DNA of 52,402 nucleotides, filler included, from Catajapyx aquilonaris (Eukaryota): NCBI GenBank assembly GCA_000934665.2. It is 2 parts of 2 records of this genome, joined end to end, with 100 filler letters (N's around TTAATTAATTAA, not from the genome) between each part and the next. Parts side by side here need not be neighbours in the genome. Positions count along the whole stretch, not along the records: positions 26,249 to 52,402 come from JYFJ02005250.1; 1 more part is not named here. One strand, 5' to 3'. Shown piece by piece: positions 35,601 to 48,000 of this stretch (position 1 is its first letter; each line of letters starts with the position of its first letter). The notes under the pieces were generated by a model. It saw only the letters and a program-made list of their open reading frames with translations, ran no database searches and was not told where the DNA came from. The position numbers and the translations under genes were made by a program.

Positions 35601-38012
35601 AATGCCGCTTCAGAATACTGTATCCCTTTGTCCGAAAGGTTTTTCTGGCACACTGCAGCAGGTCACCTTATGGCCTTGCTGGTATTATTGCAGCCGAACG
35701 CCATGTACACTTTACTGCACATTTCGTGAACTCACCTTGGATGCCGAGTGTGATTCTCTGTGCCATGATAATTTTGATTGCTCTTGGATGAGGTCAAGGA
35801 ATAGCCTGAAAACAGAAACAAATGCTGGAGATACGGAACACCCTTAGGAATATGTTGTGTACTGTACGTATACAGTACACAGCTTATTACGGGACTGATG
35901 GCGATCATGATTATCATTGCGTGTAATAATGTTTCCTTGGGTTGAGACTTATTCCCTCTGTGATGGTTTCAGGCGAGACGATGTCACCTCCTCGCAACAA
36001 GACGGTGTACTACTGCACGGACACCCCTAAGCTGGCAGCCCTGTGGAGCGTCCTGTGGGTCCTGACCTCGATCCTGGCCATCCGGGAGTTCGTGCAGATG
36101 TGCCGGGGGTTCATCCAGTACATCACAGACGTGGAGAACCTCCTGGAGGTCTCCCTCCTCCTCTCGGTCATGCTCCTGTCCTTCGCCGAGTGCGGGTTCA
36201 CCGGGTTCGTCACCGCCAGGGAGCACTTCGCCGCCGTCTGCCTCATAGTGGGATGGACCACCCAGGTGATGCTGTACGGGAAGATCCCCATGTTCGGGGT
36301 GTACATCCGCATGTACGGAGCGGTGGCCACCAGCATCCTGGGCTGCCTCCTCACCTTCCTGGGCCTCCTCTTCGCCTTCGGGCTGACCCTGCACTTCCTG
36401 TTCCGCACCATGAAGGAGTTCGACAGCGTCTGGTTCACGTTCCTCAAGACCTTCGCCATGCTGATAGGGGAGCTGGACCTGGCCCGCACCTTCACCGAGC
36501 AGAGCCCCAAGGTGCCCTTCACCTCCCACCTCATCTTCGCCCTCTTCATCATCTTCATCTCGGTCATCCTGAGCTCTCTGCTGGTCAGCCTGGCCGTGGC
36601 CGCCATCAACTCCATGCAGAGGGACAACGAGTACCTCCAGCTGGTGCAGCTGATCAACGTCACCTCCCAGCTGGAGGACATGCTCAAGGACAGGGCCTAC
36701 CTCTACCCTCACCTCAACCCGCACGACATCAAGGCCCTCCACCTTCGAAAGGGGGTCATCTACCCTAACAAGAAGGACCACGGAAGGCTCACAAAAGACG
36801 CCATGGAAATCGTCATCAACCAGGTCCATTACCCAGCACCATCACCCACGCACATACACCCACAAGCACTCAATCGTCCCTACATAATTTATGCACAGCG
36901 GACTATCAAACTACATCTCGGTGTTGTCAATTTGCTTTTTCACAACTAGAATTTACCACTAATGCAAACGCACCTCCGTCGCAATTACACACACTGAATT
37001 CCCCATTATCACTTATATTTCATTGTGATCGTTACCGAGGACATTATATATAAGGGAGGCAGCTGAAAAATATTGCTTCCACAGTATAGCTGACCCTATA
37101 AGGTTGTCGGAATCATTAAGAGACGCGCCCTGCATGCATAATCGAAGTGGGTCGAGTGCGTAGAATTACCTCTCCCAACAGCTAGGGCAACGGTCCTCTC
37201 TGAATATTATTCGGGTGTATGGGCACTGTCGAAATGCATGATTGCAGGGGGGAAAGGCACCGTCGTCGCTGCAACAGCCCTCACGCAAACTATAGGAGTT
37301 CACGTAAAGGTCAAACGCTGTAAATAATTGAGACGCGATCAAATCCCTATAACTACACACCAGCTTCCGAAGAAACCTCGTCAAGTATTAAAAATTAACG
37401 GCAACAAAAATAATTCATGTCAGAGGTACATGCAACCAAACCAAGGGAATGTTGTTGGCTTACCGCTTGCTGTACGAAGGAAAATAGACAATATTTCCCG
37501 CTCTCTGCCGAAAGAGCTGAGTTGCTGATGAACGTGTTCCCTGTCGACACAGTCCATAATATATTATGTGATGTGTTTATGCACGCGACACTGACCCGCA
37601 TGCTGTTTGTGTGTGACCGCCATTAGAATCGCCCAATACATATAGACATGGGCGCTTGTTGTATTGGGCGATTCAAACATGTAACCACGTAGTAACTGAT
37701 GCATAATATATTCCCGTCATTTTGGTGGCAATGCAGAACATGAGTCGCAAGGCGTCGTCTGCTCCCAAGTCGTCCCTGGAGGTGGCGGAAGAGCTGCTGA
37801 CCAAGCTCCGAGTGAAGCTGGACAAGTACATCCTGGACGTGGAGAGAAAGGGGGACAAGATGGCCAAGGAGCTGAGGGCCTACGAGAAGTGCGCGGACCG
37901 ACTGGCCCACGAGGTCAGGTCACTCAAGTTCCAGCTGGAAAGGGTCACCGAGCAGCTTGGCCAGGTGGCCAGGAGGTCATTCCCAGGGGAGGGCTCCACC
38001 TCCGCACCCTGA
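26601..38012 (+). CDS. TRPA-subfamily ankyrin-repeat cation channel (pyrexia/waterwitch/TRPA5-like), 6 coding exons, ~947 aa
   Basis: Exons 26601-27086, 27707-27890, 32309-32427, 32851-33778, 35973-36823, 37737-38012, GT-AG with consistent phases. About 7 ankyrin repeats (RTPLHLAA, SNALHYAA, LTPLHVAS, KTPMHHAA), pre-S1 ILTHPLCESLLKLKW, six hydrophobic segments, PMFGVYIRM linker, pore FLKTFAMLIGELD, C-terminal coiled-coil-like exon. Confidence 0.9.
29020..29137. mobile_element. Small TIR element (MITE) in TRPA intron 2
   Basis: Inverted termini TAGTCTGGTGACCCGGGGTAGCT...AGCTTACCCCGGGTCATCAGACTA. Confidence 0.6.
33976..34377. repeat. Two adjacent inverted-repeat pairs (probable MITEs) in TRPA intron 4
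   Basis: GAGACTTGGCTCGCCTATT / AATAGGCGAGCCAAGTCTC (~33983-34089) and GAAGAGCACAGCGGAAAAACGGGGAATGTCACA / TGTGACATTCCCCGTTTTTCCCCTGTGCTCTTC (~34130-34377). Confidence 0.6.
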
Positions 38013-38858
38013 ACGTCACCATCACCCAGCATGATCTGGGTGGTGCTGGGACTCGTTCATTGCTCTATGTGTACATATTATACCCTTCATCACGTGGGGG
38101 GTATAGCAGCAGCATTTGGTGTAATATTCATTACGAAGCACTACGGTACCAACCAACGATTACGTCTGGTCACGAATGGCGACCATTCGAAATAAACAGG
38201 ACTTGTGTAATTAAGGGCTCCTGCTGAATCATCATCATCGTAACATGTTCTGCTGCACGATGCAGAAGTGACAATGTGCAAGTGACAGACTATCACAGAT
38301 CACCAAAGTTTCTTTGACATTTCCCCTCCCTCCCGTCTCCTTCCACTCCCGCCCTCCTTTCCTTTCCCACCTTTTATTTCAGATCCGTTCACACATACAT
38401 TATACACCAGACCAGGATAATAAAACAGCTCGTGTACTTTAACTCATTGTATAGCCGTCGGTGCTTTTATTTCTATTGTCCCGTCAGACTCGGATGGACA
38501 GCCTGCTGTGGAGGGGGTGAGAGACAGAGACAGGTGGGTGTAACTGGGTGACTCTTCAAGGAACAGCTCAGTGCAGTGGGAGGGGATGCCGGAGGGGGTT
38601 GACCAGCTCGCGCTCAGGCTGTGTTATTATTATAAGTTTGAACAAACTCTCCAAGGTCAGTCCATCCCAATAGTATACGTGCAGGTCAAGTCCGATGTGA
38701 AGTCACACAATAAGGAGAAGAAACGTTCATGTTATGTGAATAGTGTGTCGCTAACAAACCATCAACGCCCATATGCTTATACAGAAGCGGACAAGGGGGG
38801 CGAGAGAAGTGGACTCACGAAGGAAATGATGGGCACGGAATAATGAGCAACAGCAACG

Positions 38859-41210
38859 TCAGGGTCCTGCGGTGGAGGCACATGTCCCTTGCCCTCTCTT
38901 GTTGTTGTCACCGTCATCCCCTCGCTCCTCTTCCTCTCCTTGATGGTCTCCCTCCTGAAGGCTGATGCGGTTGTTGATCCTCAGCATCCGTCTGGTTATG
39001 GCACGTAAGGCCAGCTCCCCTGCGAAGCCAGCCAGACTGACCAACCATCCGTAGCAGATTAGTCCCAAAGGCCCGTAGAGCTTCTTGGCGCTCAAGGGTC
39101 TCGGATCCCCATCCCCATCACCTTCTCCCCCCTGATTATTCTGACGTCCCCCCTGCCCGTCTTCGCCAGCACAACGACCCGCCTCCTCACCCCACCTCTT
39201 CCTTCTGATCCGGTCTTCCCGGATGGCCACCTCCGAATTGAGGCGTATCTGGTTGCTCCGCATGCGATCTCCTATCCCGGACTCGAGTAAAGCGACGGAT
39301 GTCCACTCCAACGTCCCGAACCCGACGAAATCCTTGTGGGCCAACACCCCAGTGAAGGTGTTGACCGCAGACTCGGCCGCGTCGAAGAAAGGGAAGCGCC
39401 CCTCCCAGTCCACCATCTTCCACACGTCCACCGACATCAGCAGCTGGATCCCGAGGCAGGAGGTCCTCCTCGACTCCTCCTTTTCTTGCTGATGCTGGTG
39501 ACGGAGGACAGCCTCGAAGCACTCCTCCATGGTCTGGTGCATGACCATCTTCTCCTTGATGGACTGGAGAGCCTGGAGGTCGGCGTCCTGCAGCACCAGG
39601 GCGTACGCGATGCCGTGCAGGGTCTGCGCCCCGACGCCGTACCCGGACCGGTCCAGCTCCTCGAACGTGGCCGGAAGGGCCTCCCTCCTGGGGATGGCGA
39701 TGAAGCCGAAGATCATTTCCTGGTAGCCGCAGGTGACCACTATGGCCAGGTACAGCCAGAAGGCCACGAACACCCGGAAGGGATCGGAGGCTGGCACCGG
39801 TCGGTTCGGGATCTGCTCCAGGAAGGACTGCGCCAGGTACGCACCCACAGAGAGGACAGACCATGTTGGAAGATGGGCATGATCACCAGCGGGATGGCGC
39901 TTGAGCAGGTACCATCCGGCCACTGCGCCCAGCCCTGTCCCTGCCCCGATGCAGAGCCAGACCAGAGGTTGGAAGGGCCAGATGATGGTCTTCCAGGACC
40001 AGACCGGACTGGCCTTGGCCGTCACGAAGGTGAAGCTGGAGAACATGGTCGGCGTGGCCATGTTGACGTGCGTCATGGCGTCAGGGTGGTACAGGTAGAT
40101 GGGCACAAAGTCCGCCTCTCCGGTGATCAGCTCCCCGATGTATCCCACCCAGGACCCGTTGCCCAGCCGGCTCCTCTCCAGGTCGGTCGAGGTCAGGCCC
40201 TTCTCGTACACCTCCCAGTGGAAGTTGAGGGACCGGGCCAGGGTGTACACGCCTAGCTCTGCGTTGCTCAGAGACCACGCTCCTTCCATCTCCGCCCGCT
40301 CCGACAGCTCCTGAGAGTCGAAGCTCTCCATGAAAGGGGACCTCAGACGCCTCCCACCAAAGTCCAGAGTCGTGTCTGGAAACAGCGACCGGACGGTGAT
40401 GGCCCGGCCAGGGCGGTGTGTCCCGAGGGACACTAGCCGGGGACCCCCGCGGTCGCAGAAGAAGCAGACAGTGCTGACAGACACCTCGTCACCGTCATCA
40501 GGGCCGACTGATGGCTGGAGGCCAACCTTGTACTTCCAGCCTTTGGTTTCCTGGAGAAGAAGGGCCCTGGTGGTGCCGTCATGCTGCCCATCACCATGTT
40601 GTTGCTGCTGCTGCCCACCAGCACCAGCACCTCCTGCCCCGCCGTCATCTGATGGGCCAGACCTGATCCAGATGGCAAATAAGTCTCTCCAGGGTTGGAC
40701 GGCGGTGCGTTGGGCGTGGAACCAGACCATCTCCCTGAAGCTGGACAGGGTCCGTCCGGTTAGCATGTGCAGGACGCAAGAACCGGCCCTGTTGCGACGC
40801 TCAGACGCGTCCCACAAGTCCTTATTGTTGACTGAAGCAGCATCACCACCCTGACCATCACCGCCATTAGCAGGGGAAGAGGCGTCCAGCAGGTCCGTCG
40901 GGTGAAGGCGGAGCTGCACCGTCGGGATGTAGTCCAGACTGACGTTGCGGGCCAGCTCCTGCAGGGACTCGGGCAGGAGCCCAGCATAGTCGTGAGCCAC
41001 CACCAGGCTGCAACTCCTGATGCTAGACGTGCTGATCAGGCCGCCGACAAGGCTGGACACCGGCCCCACTCCGCCTCTCTCGGATGCCAGCATCGCATCT
41101 CTGTAGGGCACGCTGCTGGCCATCAACGCCCCATGATGACGCGTCGTGGCCAGCTCAGCAACAAGGCAGCATAAGGAAAACGCTGATCGGACAGCAGCCT
41201 CAAGTCTCAT
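38859..41210 (-). CDS. Divergent ionotropic receptor (variant iGluR-family chemoreceptor), intronless, 783 aa
   Basis: Single ORF with an N-terminal hydrophobic signal, S1 GNGSWVGYIGELITGEADF, pre-M1/M1 IIWPFQPLVWLCI, M2 FRVFVAFWLYLAIVVTCGYQ..PRREALPATFEEL, S2 LLESGI, and final TM PLSAKKLYGPLGLICYGWLVSLAGFAGEL. Confidence 0.9.
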   Translation of the reverse strand: MRLEAAVRSAFSLCCLVAELATTRHHGALMASSVPYRDAMLASERGGVGPVSSLVGGLISTSSIRSCSLVVAHDYAGLLPESLQELARNVSLDYIPTVQLRLHPTDLLDASSPANGGDGQGGDAASVNNKDLWDASERRNRAGSCVLHMLTGRTLSSFREMVWFHAQRTAVQPWRDLFAIWIRSGPSDDGGAGGAGAGGQQQQQHGDGQHDGTTRALLLQETKGWKYKVGLQPSVGPDDGDEVSVSTVCFFCDRGGPRLVSLGTHRPGRAITVRSLFPDTTLDFGGRRLRSPFMESFDSQELSERAEMEGAWSLSNAELGVYTLARSLNFHWEVYEKGLTSTDLERSRLGNGSWVGYIGELITGEADFVPIYLYHPDAMTHVNMATPTMFSSFTFVTAKASPVWSWKTIIWPFQPLVWLCIGAGTGLGAVAGWYLLKRHPAGDHAHLPTWSVLSVGAYLAQSFLEQIPNRPVPASDPFRVFVAFWLYLAIVVTCGYQEMIFGFIAIPRREALPATFEELDRSGYGVGAQTLHGIAYALVLQDADLQALQSIKEKMVMHQTMEECFEAVLRHQHQQEKEESRRTSCLGIQLLMSVDVWKMVDWEGRFPFFDAAESAVNTFTGVLAHKDFVGFGTLEWTSVALLESGIGDRMRSNQIRLNSEVAIREDRIRRKRWGEEAGRCAGEDGQGGRQNNQGGEGDGDGDPRPLSAKKLYGPLGLICYGWLVSLAGFAGELALRAITRRMLRINNRISLQEGDHQGEEEERGDDGDNNKRGQGTCASTAGP

Positions 41211-42238
41211 GTCCTATAATATATAGACCTATACTCTGAAGACTATTGAGACCAGCAGCAGCAACTGAAGCACCTGCTCCCCCGGAACCCCCAGTTCACA
41301 AAACCCGACGTCAGCTGAAGAAGGCAGCGGTATGCACCACGTGTACATACTGTACGTGCGTCACTGCTGCCTCGTTGCTTGAAATCATGCTGCCCCTGTA
41401 ACTGTACGTAAGTATATCAAGACATAGGATCTGAAAGCCAGCAAACAAAGTTGCTCTGTAATAACGGTTGTTATCATCACGATCAAAGTGGTTCTTGGGC
41501 GCCAGGTACAAAGACCACTCTCGGTATATCACAGTACTCCTGGTGTCCTGGAAGAGGCGGGCGGGCGGGGGGGGGGGGGGCNGGGGGGGGCACTTAACGC
41601 AGGCGCCGGCGCGGCGGCTTCAAGCCCGTTGAATAGCAATATTGATGGCATATATCAGTCGATATTTCGGTCCTTTCAAACATTCACAAAATCACATCAA
41701 CCATCTCTTGAATAATAATAATAATAATAATAGACCGCTGTTGTATACGTAATGAGGCAAATCAGAGTGACATAAAAACTCGCACTTGCACCTGCATCGC
41801 TCTTAAAGTCGGATGAGAAAATAACATACAACATATTAATGAACCTTATATTGGATGGAAATAAGCTGTCCATTGCTGACCCTGATGGACAATGCGGGAT
41901 GTTGTATGCTGCGGAATATTTCCCAGATATGGAGTCTTACTCGACCGGCTGCGACCTGATGCTGTGACTTGACAGTGTTGTCCCCTCTTCTTCAACACCA
42001 TCTTGCCACACAGCAGCAGGCGATCGGGACATAACCTCCATCCCCATCCCGAATTCATGGCGTCGCATTGTTATCACGCATTATTGCATTGACCCCCACT
42101 GCCCCACCCCCGCCACATGTGCAACCACTCAGCAGCAGCTTGCACTTCATAACCACATTGGAAGTAACCTGTATACGTGTTCCAAGGGAGATTGAGAGGT
42201 GGGGGAAAATCGCTATGGGAAACGTACTACTATCTATA

Positions 42239-42456
42239 TAGAGCCCTCAGCCCTGTGTTTGACTCTAAACAACTCCCAGGCAAATTATCCAAAAACATAG
42301 TGGTATGTATCGTTAGAAAGCTTGTTTAAATCCGCTTTACATACAGTATATATACTGTATGTAATGTGGATTTAAACAAGCTTTCTAACGATACATATAC
42401 CATTATTTTTTGGATAATTTGCTTGGGAGTTGTTTAGAGTCAAACACAGGGCTCTA
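42239..42456. mobile_element. Fold-back palindromic MITE
   Basis: About 100-bp arms AGCCCTGTGTTTGACTCTAAACAACTCCC...GGGAGTTGTTTAGAGTCAAACACAGGGCT centred on TACAGTATATATACTGTA, TAGAG..CTCTA termini. Confidence 0.75.
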
Positions 42457-42676
42457 CATTAAATAAACGGATAGTATACATGTTTGCATTCCCATCGAAA
42501 AACAATATTGCGTATTATATGATATTATGAACGTGTCCATGTTCGGGCAAGAGAGTTACCTTTTAGAGATTTAGACCGTTCAGATACCTCCCTCGTGGCC
42601 AGGGCGTCCGGAGTAGTGGCTGGTGGCGAGGGGGCTTGATCTGGCGAAGCACCGTATTACACAGTGTAATATTTAA

Positions 42677-43012
42677 GGGAAACGGAGTGGCGCTGCGGTA
42701 ACGTATACATGAGCACACGGATGTTAAGGTCCCGGGTTCGATCCCAGCCCGGGGACACCCCCTTCATCTCGTGCTGAGTTCAGGGTCACCTCTGGCTTCG
42801 TCTCGGGTGGTGTTTCCAACAGACTAAACCACCCGGGGGAGTTCACTAAAAATGGCCACAGCGTCAGATGCACTGCACCTTGCACATCCCCTCCTGTCAT
42901 CCTGCCCGTGGGCCCGGGCGCTTCGTCAAAGGTTTCAATTGTAGCTCAACAAATAGAGGTCCGTGCGATATGCCCCCATGTGGGGGCGAAAGCACATTAC
43001 CCCAGCATTATT
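42677..43012 (+). mobile_element. tRNA-derived SINE
   Basis: A-box-like TGGCGCTGCGG, B-box GGTTCGATCC, 3' stem-loop, short ATT tail, 8-bp TSD ATATTTAA (42669-42676, 43013-43020). Confidence 0.8.
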
Positions 43013-43242
43013 ATATTTAAATTTAATATCGAGTGTCTGTCGTCTGAGATGGGCAGGGGTGGGGTGTGGGACGGGTTGTTTATAGGTTTATTTTCACAAG
43101 TTTTAATTTAGTTCATATGTTATTGGGTTAGCTTGTGTCTCTCCCTTCATCTCTGACTACCCCTCATAGGGAAATGTCGTGATGTTGTTGTTGTTGTTGA
43201 TATACCTCCCTATAATGTGTTATGCTCACCTTTTCGCCATTG

Positions 43243-43291
43243 TTTCTTCTTCTTCTTCTTCTTCTTCTTCTTCTTCTTCTTCTTCTTCTTC
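43243..43291. repeat. (TTC)n microsatellite
   Basis: Directly visible. Confidence 0.95.
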
Positions 43292-43654
43292 AGGAAATGT
43301 ATTTCCCACTATATAGTACAGTTAGTAGACTGCATTCACATAATGCGCGGCAATAATAACAGTTGGACTGACACCAAAAACATGTATCATATACACTATA
43401 TTTAATGAACAGGTACGATCAAAATGGCGGTGCACATCGGAGCGCTAAAGGGGCTGGGGACCATGCAGCATCAACAGGAGCAACGTAGATGGCCTGGTGG
43501 CAGATGCATCATGTCATACATACATCATGCATACGTCACCAGTCATCGTCGAGCTTGGCGACACTGCCGAAATTCTATTAGAAGATACAGCCCCCCCCCC
43601 NCCCCCCCCCCAAGTCACTCCCTATATACCGCAGTAGTAGTACATTGCTACCCC

Positions 43655-43955
43655 CGTGAGCTTAGCTAATGTCCCCTACCGAGGGGGGTTGACCACGGTC
43701 GGCACTTCTATAGAGTCAGTTGCCTAGATGGTCACGCCGTACCTAAAGCGTGGCAATTCTGAACCATTAGGGTCGACTCCGATTGGCTGGCCTCCTTGGG
43801 CCACCACATGAGGCCTTTCGGACTCCAGCCAATCGGAGTCGACCCTAATGGTTCAGAATTGCCTCGCTAGGTAAGGCGTGACCGTCTAGGCAAGTGACTC
43901 TAGCGCCGACTGTGGCCAATCCCCCTGGGTGGGGGAGATCAGGTATAAGCTCACG
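43655..43955. mobile_element. Long fold-back MITE
   Basis: Arms CGTGAGCTTA...GGCAATTCTGAACCATTAGGGTCGACTCCGATTGGCTGG / CCAGCCAATCGGAGTCGACCCTAATGGTTCAGAATTGCC...TAAGCTCACG. Confidence 0.75.
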
Positions 43956-44289
43956 CGAAAAGAGGGCGAGTGACTGGGGGCTGTATTGGAACAACCAAAG
44001 GGATCCCATTCGATCTATGGGATGGGAGGTGCAAGGGGCACACCATCACATTGTTGAATGCGGAGGTGGGTTATTGGGTGAGGTGTCGGGTGATGCAAAG
44101 CAGGTGGAGGGTTGGTGATGTGGTGGCATCATCAGCACTGCGGGAGGAGGACCAGTGGGAGTGGGGTGAGGACCACGGTGACGTGATGTGGGTGACGACG
44201 ACTCTGCAGGTGAGGAGCATCAGGGCCTTGTCTGCAGGCGGGTCGCTCAGACTCGTTGGCGCCTCTCTATCTGCTGACTATACAATACG

Positions 44290-45016
44290 CTACTGGCACC
44301 TGACGAAGCTGACGACTCCGTTGGCCCAGGGCACGACCGGGTCTGGCCCCGGGGCGGAGTGCGTGGGGCAGGAGAGCCCCGGGGCGCACTTGCACTTGGG
44401 GTTGACCAAGAGGAGGGAGTCGGTGCGGCTCAGCACCTTGCACGACTCGTCCGACCGGCAACGGTGCAGCTGGTCCACGCGCAGCATCATCGGCATCATC
44501 ATTGAGCATCGGCACCAGCATACGGCCAACAAGCACCGCGGCATGGAAGGAAGAGAAAGGCAACAGATGGGATCCTCGTGAGTCAACAATACATTGAGAG
44601 GAGGAGACGAGGATGGGATAAAAGCGCAACGGGGTGGTATATAGTGGTGATGAGGTGGGTCATACACGTACCGGCAGACATACGTAGACGAAGGCGAAGA
44701 GGAGCCTCCGCCCAGGTCCGTGGTCCCCGAGGCCCTTGAGGGTGTTGGCTTCCTGTCCCGGGTGCGACTGGCCCGGGACCAGGTGGTAGTTGTGGTCCTC
44801 TGGGCAGCGGCACATGAGCCTCTCGGACTGCATGGTCAGGAAGCCCGGGGTGCCCCCGCCCAATAAGGGGATGTCCTCCGGCACCGTCCGCCACGAACGG
44901 TAAGCCGCCTGGCCCGGGAAGCACCTCCGAAGCTCAGGGGCAGTGCCGCAGAACTTATGGAAAAAAAAGCACAAAACAACAACTGTTATCAACGAGCTAT
45001 CAAATCACTCTAATAA

Positions 45017-45059
<43 letters not shown>

Positions 45060-48000
45060 TTATAGACATTGCGCTACATCACAGGTGAAGGCAGCATGTG
45101 CCCCAATGGTTCCGATTTTTTAAAACGGGAACCTAAACTGCATTGTTGGGGTGCTTTTACGAGAGGATAAGCGCAAATCTGAAGATGATATAATTATGTC
45201 ACGCAACGCCAAAGAGAGTGCTTCTCAAAATGACGACGTATATATAATATCAGAATTCCCGACTTGCTTCGGAATGAAGCGAATCCGCATAATTATCTCG
45301 TCACGGCAAATGACGGGAAATGCAGCTCATTCAAGTCCGTGTAATTGCTGGTGGGAGAGGCGCACCTGGATGCAACAGGTGCGAGCTTCCGACCAATCAG
45401 ATGAGTATATCAGATCGATACCTGACTGGAAAAACCAGACAAGTCAGCAAATTGAAAGTTTTGCGCGGCCAGACCAACCAGACATTATACTCATGAAGAG
45501 TGATATGGCTGGCAGTTGGCAAAAACCAGACTTCACACTATATAGTTGGTGGTAATTTTTCCTCATCTTGCAGATTTCGTCACTTCTTGTCTGGTTTTTC
45601 TGGTGGTCCGTGGAGTAAGAATAGCTCCATTGGGTATGACTGTGATGGCTAATGAGACCTGCCCCTACAGCAGCAGGAGCAGAGTTTGGATGTACGAGGA
45701 CCGTGCATGGTTGACCGTGGCTATATATAGGTTGCCCGGGAACCAGCAGCGAGTCAGCCAGCGAGGAATATAATTATATAGGCAGGGAATAAGGAATGAA
45801 GGAGATAAGAGAGGAAGCTCAGCATCCACAATGGTCCTCTCTGCTGCTGCTGCTGCTCACACCGCAGCTACATCCCCGCCGCTGTAATTATATACTGCTT
45901 CACCATCATTATAATAATTATTATTCGCATGGCATACATCCCCATCCCGGGTTAAAACTACACTGCGCTTGATTAATGACACATCTGCCAAAGTTGTAGT
46001 CTGAGGTGAAGGTGGTTGGGTGGGTGGGGGTTGGAGCAATTAAAACCAGAAGGTCCAATTATTAATCAGTGAGTCAAGGAAGGAAGGAAGGAAGGAAGGG
46101 TGTGATATAGGTAGGGAGTCAAGATGATGGAAGGAATAAGGAGGCCGATGGGTGATGATCAGATCTGACTTGCTGCTGCCTGATGAGGCCGTTCTAATTA
46201 TATGATGGGAGCAACAGAATGTGCTATAAGGGCGCCCATCCACGTCACCAGCAGAGAGAGGCATCACTTGACAGGCCTACAGACACAGGCAGACGTGCTC
46301 GGGAGAAGCGAGGGCAACAGGTGTGCGGAGAGTCGCCTTATATGGGAATGACAACAATTATATTCATGTTAAATCGAAAGCGACAGCATGATCACCTGCC
46401 TGGACTCCACCCACCGCACGTATTGTATACCGCTCAAAAACATAAAGAAGATTTTGCATTTAACTCAAGTGCAGCCTGCTCTTGAATCAGCTGCAAAATC
46501 GTCTCTATGTTTTTCAGCTATAGTACGTGTATTATCCCTCCCTCCTCTATAATTATAATAGAGTGATAGTCTCCACATGCTAATGGCAGTCGGGGTGATC
46601 TGCATATACGTATAGAAGAGGGGGAAAACACTTTTTCCCATCCATTTCCCCCCCACCTCCCGCGATCTGCTTTTCGTCCAACTTATATTGTTCCCATTTT
46701 AGCTATTTCGTGCCTGGATCATGCTCCACGAGTGGGGCTCATCAAAACTGTGAACTTTTGACTCGTTTCCAAACGATTTGGTAAACAAGATAATTGCGCA
46801 ATAAATATGCATTAGACCCCCAATAATAATGCAATAATAATGCGAGGGTGAACTTCAGTATCGCAGATTACAAGGCAAAAAAAAATTGCAAACAAAAATG
46901 AGCGAATAATTATATGGGCAGGAGATGAGCGCGGGGTTTTATATCGGCTATATAGGTCTGTACAAGACGTATATAGTTGCTGTATGAGAAATCATTAATA
47001 AACTATCATTATTATAGGATTATCATTAACTATATGAACGTGCGGTGTAGTACAGTAAGTGTACCTTGTACTGGTCGGAGCCTTGTGTGACTGATCGTCC
47101 GTCGAGCTGGTCCCAGGTGAGGGGGCAGGACCTGGAGTCTGGAGGGCACCGGCAGATGGCCTGCACGTTGACCCCTCTGGAGTTGACCTGCAGGAAGGCG
47201 CAGGCTGACCTCTCGTCGCCGCACATGGGGAGGTCCAAGGAGCCCTGCCGAAGCAAGACATATATACATGCACAGGTCAGACACCATCACACGCGTCACA
47301 TCCCGATGTCCGTTTCCTCCAGCACCGCGCGCATTCGCAGCACCTGGCAATATTTATTGCTATTATGCTGGATTTAATTGCCCAAATGGAAGTGGAACAT
47401 TATTATTGTAACACATTGCATGGCTTATCGGTGGCTGGCCTTTGGCTTCGCCTCTCTGGTGCTAATTTTAATGCTTTGCGGTTTACAGTTTATAGGCACG
47501 GACATCCATGGGGGGAAATTCTCGCTCATCAACAGCCGTTGAGTGGACCCAAGAACAGGCCTGACCACAAACAGGACCTGTCGCAGGACAATGCCGCAAG
47601 AACTCGATAGTATTTACTGGAATTGGGCTACACATGACTACAGCCTGTCTAGCTGGCCGTTGACATTGGTCCAAAGGAAGGCTTCCCCAGACACGTCCAT
47701 CAGCAGACTTGGGCCCGCATACATCTGTACGTATATATTTGCGTATATATTTGCGTGGCCTACATTCAGTGCTGTGGCAGCCAGAGGCCCATCATGTCCT
47801 TAGTAATCCCACCTTTGCGTTTGGCAAGGATGTTATAGATTCAATGCATGGCGTGCTTGTGAGGCTGGGAACACGGAGGGAAGCAAGCCAGTTATTGTTG
47901 CCGGACCCCGACGGCCCGCCAAGCCCAGGAGCAGAAAAAGGAGCTTGCAGAAAAATAGTGGTGCGAATGTGGGGCAGCAGAGTCATGCGGGCCATGCACA

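Noticed and set aside
35065..35845. Possible mariner-like MITE CAGGGTGATCCGT...ACGGAACACCCT
   Set aside because: Short imperfect TIR match only. Plausible but weak.
32790..40854. Long overlapping or antisense ORFs over TRPA and IR exons (e.g. 32790-33716, 35984-36829, 39336-40256)
   Set aside because: Expected stop-poor shadow frames of very GC3-rich coding sequence, with no recognisable domains.
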